Shown here one piece after another: positions 63,831-64,000 of a DNA stretch of 64,000 nt. Numbering within the stretch: position 1 is the first letter of the stretch; every line of letters starts with the position of its first letter. The stretch is from Acidimicrobiales bacterium (GTDB taxonomy: Bacteria > Actinomycetota > Acidimicrobiia > Acidimicrobiales > JACDCH01): assembly GCA_036493595.1 (NCBI GenBank), contig DASXPN010000008.1, positions 12,041 through 76,040 of the forward strand. Reading direction: 5' to 3'. The notes beneath the pieces are model-generated. The model ran no database searches. It saw only the letters and a list, made by a program, of their open reading frames with translations, and was not told the origin of the DNA. The translations under genes were made by a program, and so were the position numbers.

Positions 63831-64000
63831 CTGGAGGCCTCGAACGCATCGGCGCCCGAGTGTAGGCGGACGATGCGCCAGCGAGGCAGGCTGGCGGGCA
63901 TGCACGACGGTCTGGCCACACGTCTCGAGTTGTTGACGGGCATCGAACCCGGGCCGCAGGTCGTCGCCGATGCACTCGCCGCGCAACGACAGCGGCTGCT

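Overview
High-GC, Actinomycetota-type chromosomal backbone. I call about 66 protein-coding genes. All but eight are on the minus strand, and many are joined by 1-, 4- or 8-nt start/stop overlaps.

Content by coordinate (transcription mostly right to left):
- hisG fragment, riboflavin operon ribD-ribE-ribBA-ribH, a MogA/MoaB-like gene, rsmB-fmt-def.
- A plus-strand trio: RsmC-like methyltransferase, SpoU/TrmH-like methyltransferase, Eis-like GNAT.
- priA-metK-coaBC-rpoZ, an archaeal-type CMP kinase, mihF.
- The complete pyrimidine operon pyrR-pyrB-pyrC-carA-carB-pyrD-pyrF with a PyrR-type leader.
- GNAT, HAD, nusB-efp-pepQ.
- Shikimate genes aroQ-aroB-aroK (tandem fusion)-aroC, then a prepilin peptidase.
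- A small variable block: mini pilin-like ORF, membrane protein, NAD epimerase, Rrf2 regulator, DUF4388-like protein.
- aroE-mltG-ruvX-alaS, two small membrane proteins, rarA, a membrane protein, a lipoprotein, aspS-hisS.
- A large glycosyltransferase with a small membrane partner.
- relA-apt-secF-secD-yajC-tgt-queA.
- An ECF sigma factor with a fused transmembrane tail plus a translationally coupled small secreted peptide.
- ruvC-ruvA-ruvB, an ABC-2 exporter, MarR, yebC, pdxT.

I saw no rRNA, tRNA, CRISPR array, IS/transposase, integrase or phage genes, and no non-coding stretch longer than about 200 nt. I did not find a convincing multi-gene novel system such as a defence island.

The most notable signals not explained by ordinary annotation are:
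1. A recurring intergenic stem-loop element with conserved flanks and a covarying stem (3 full copies plus 1 partial).
2. An array of four GTCGAC-centred boxes forming mutually exclusive hairpins downstream of relA.
3. The membrane-tethered ECF sigma with a GTGA-coupled Cys-containing secreted peptide.
4. A tandem AroK-AroK fusion whose second module is degenerate.
5. A 43-aa pilin-like ORF next to the prepilin peptidase.
6. Apparent non-canonical start codons for fmt (CTG) and hisS (ATC).

All functional calls come from reading the translated ORFs and remembered family signatures. No database search was run.
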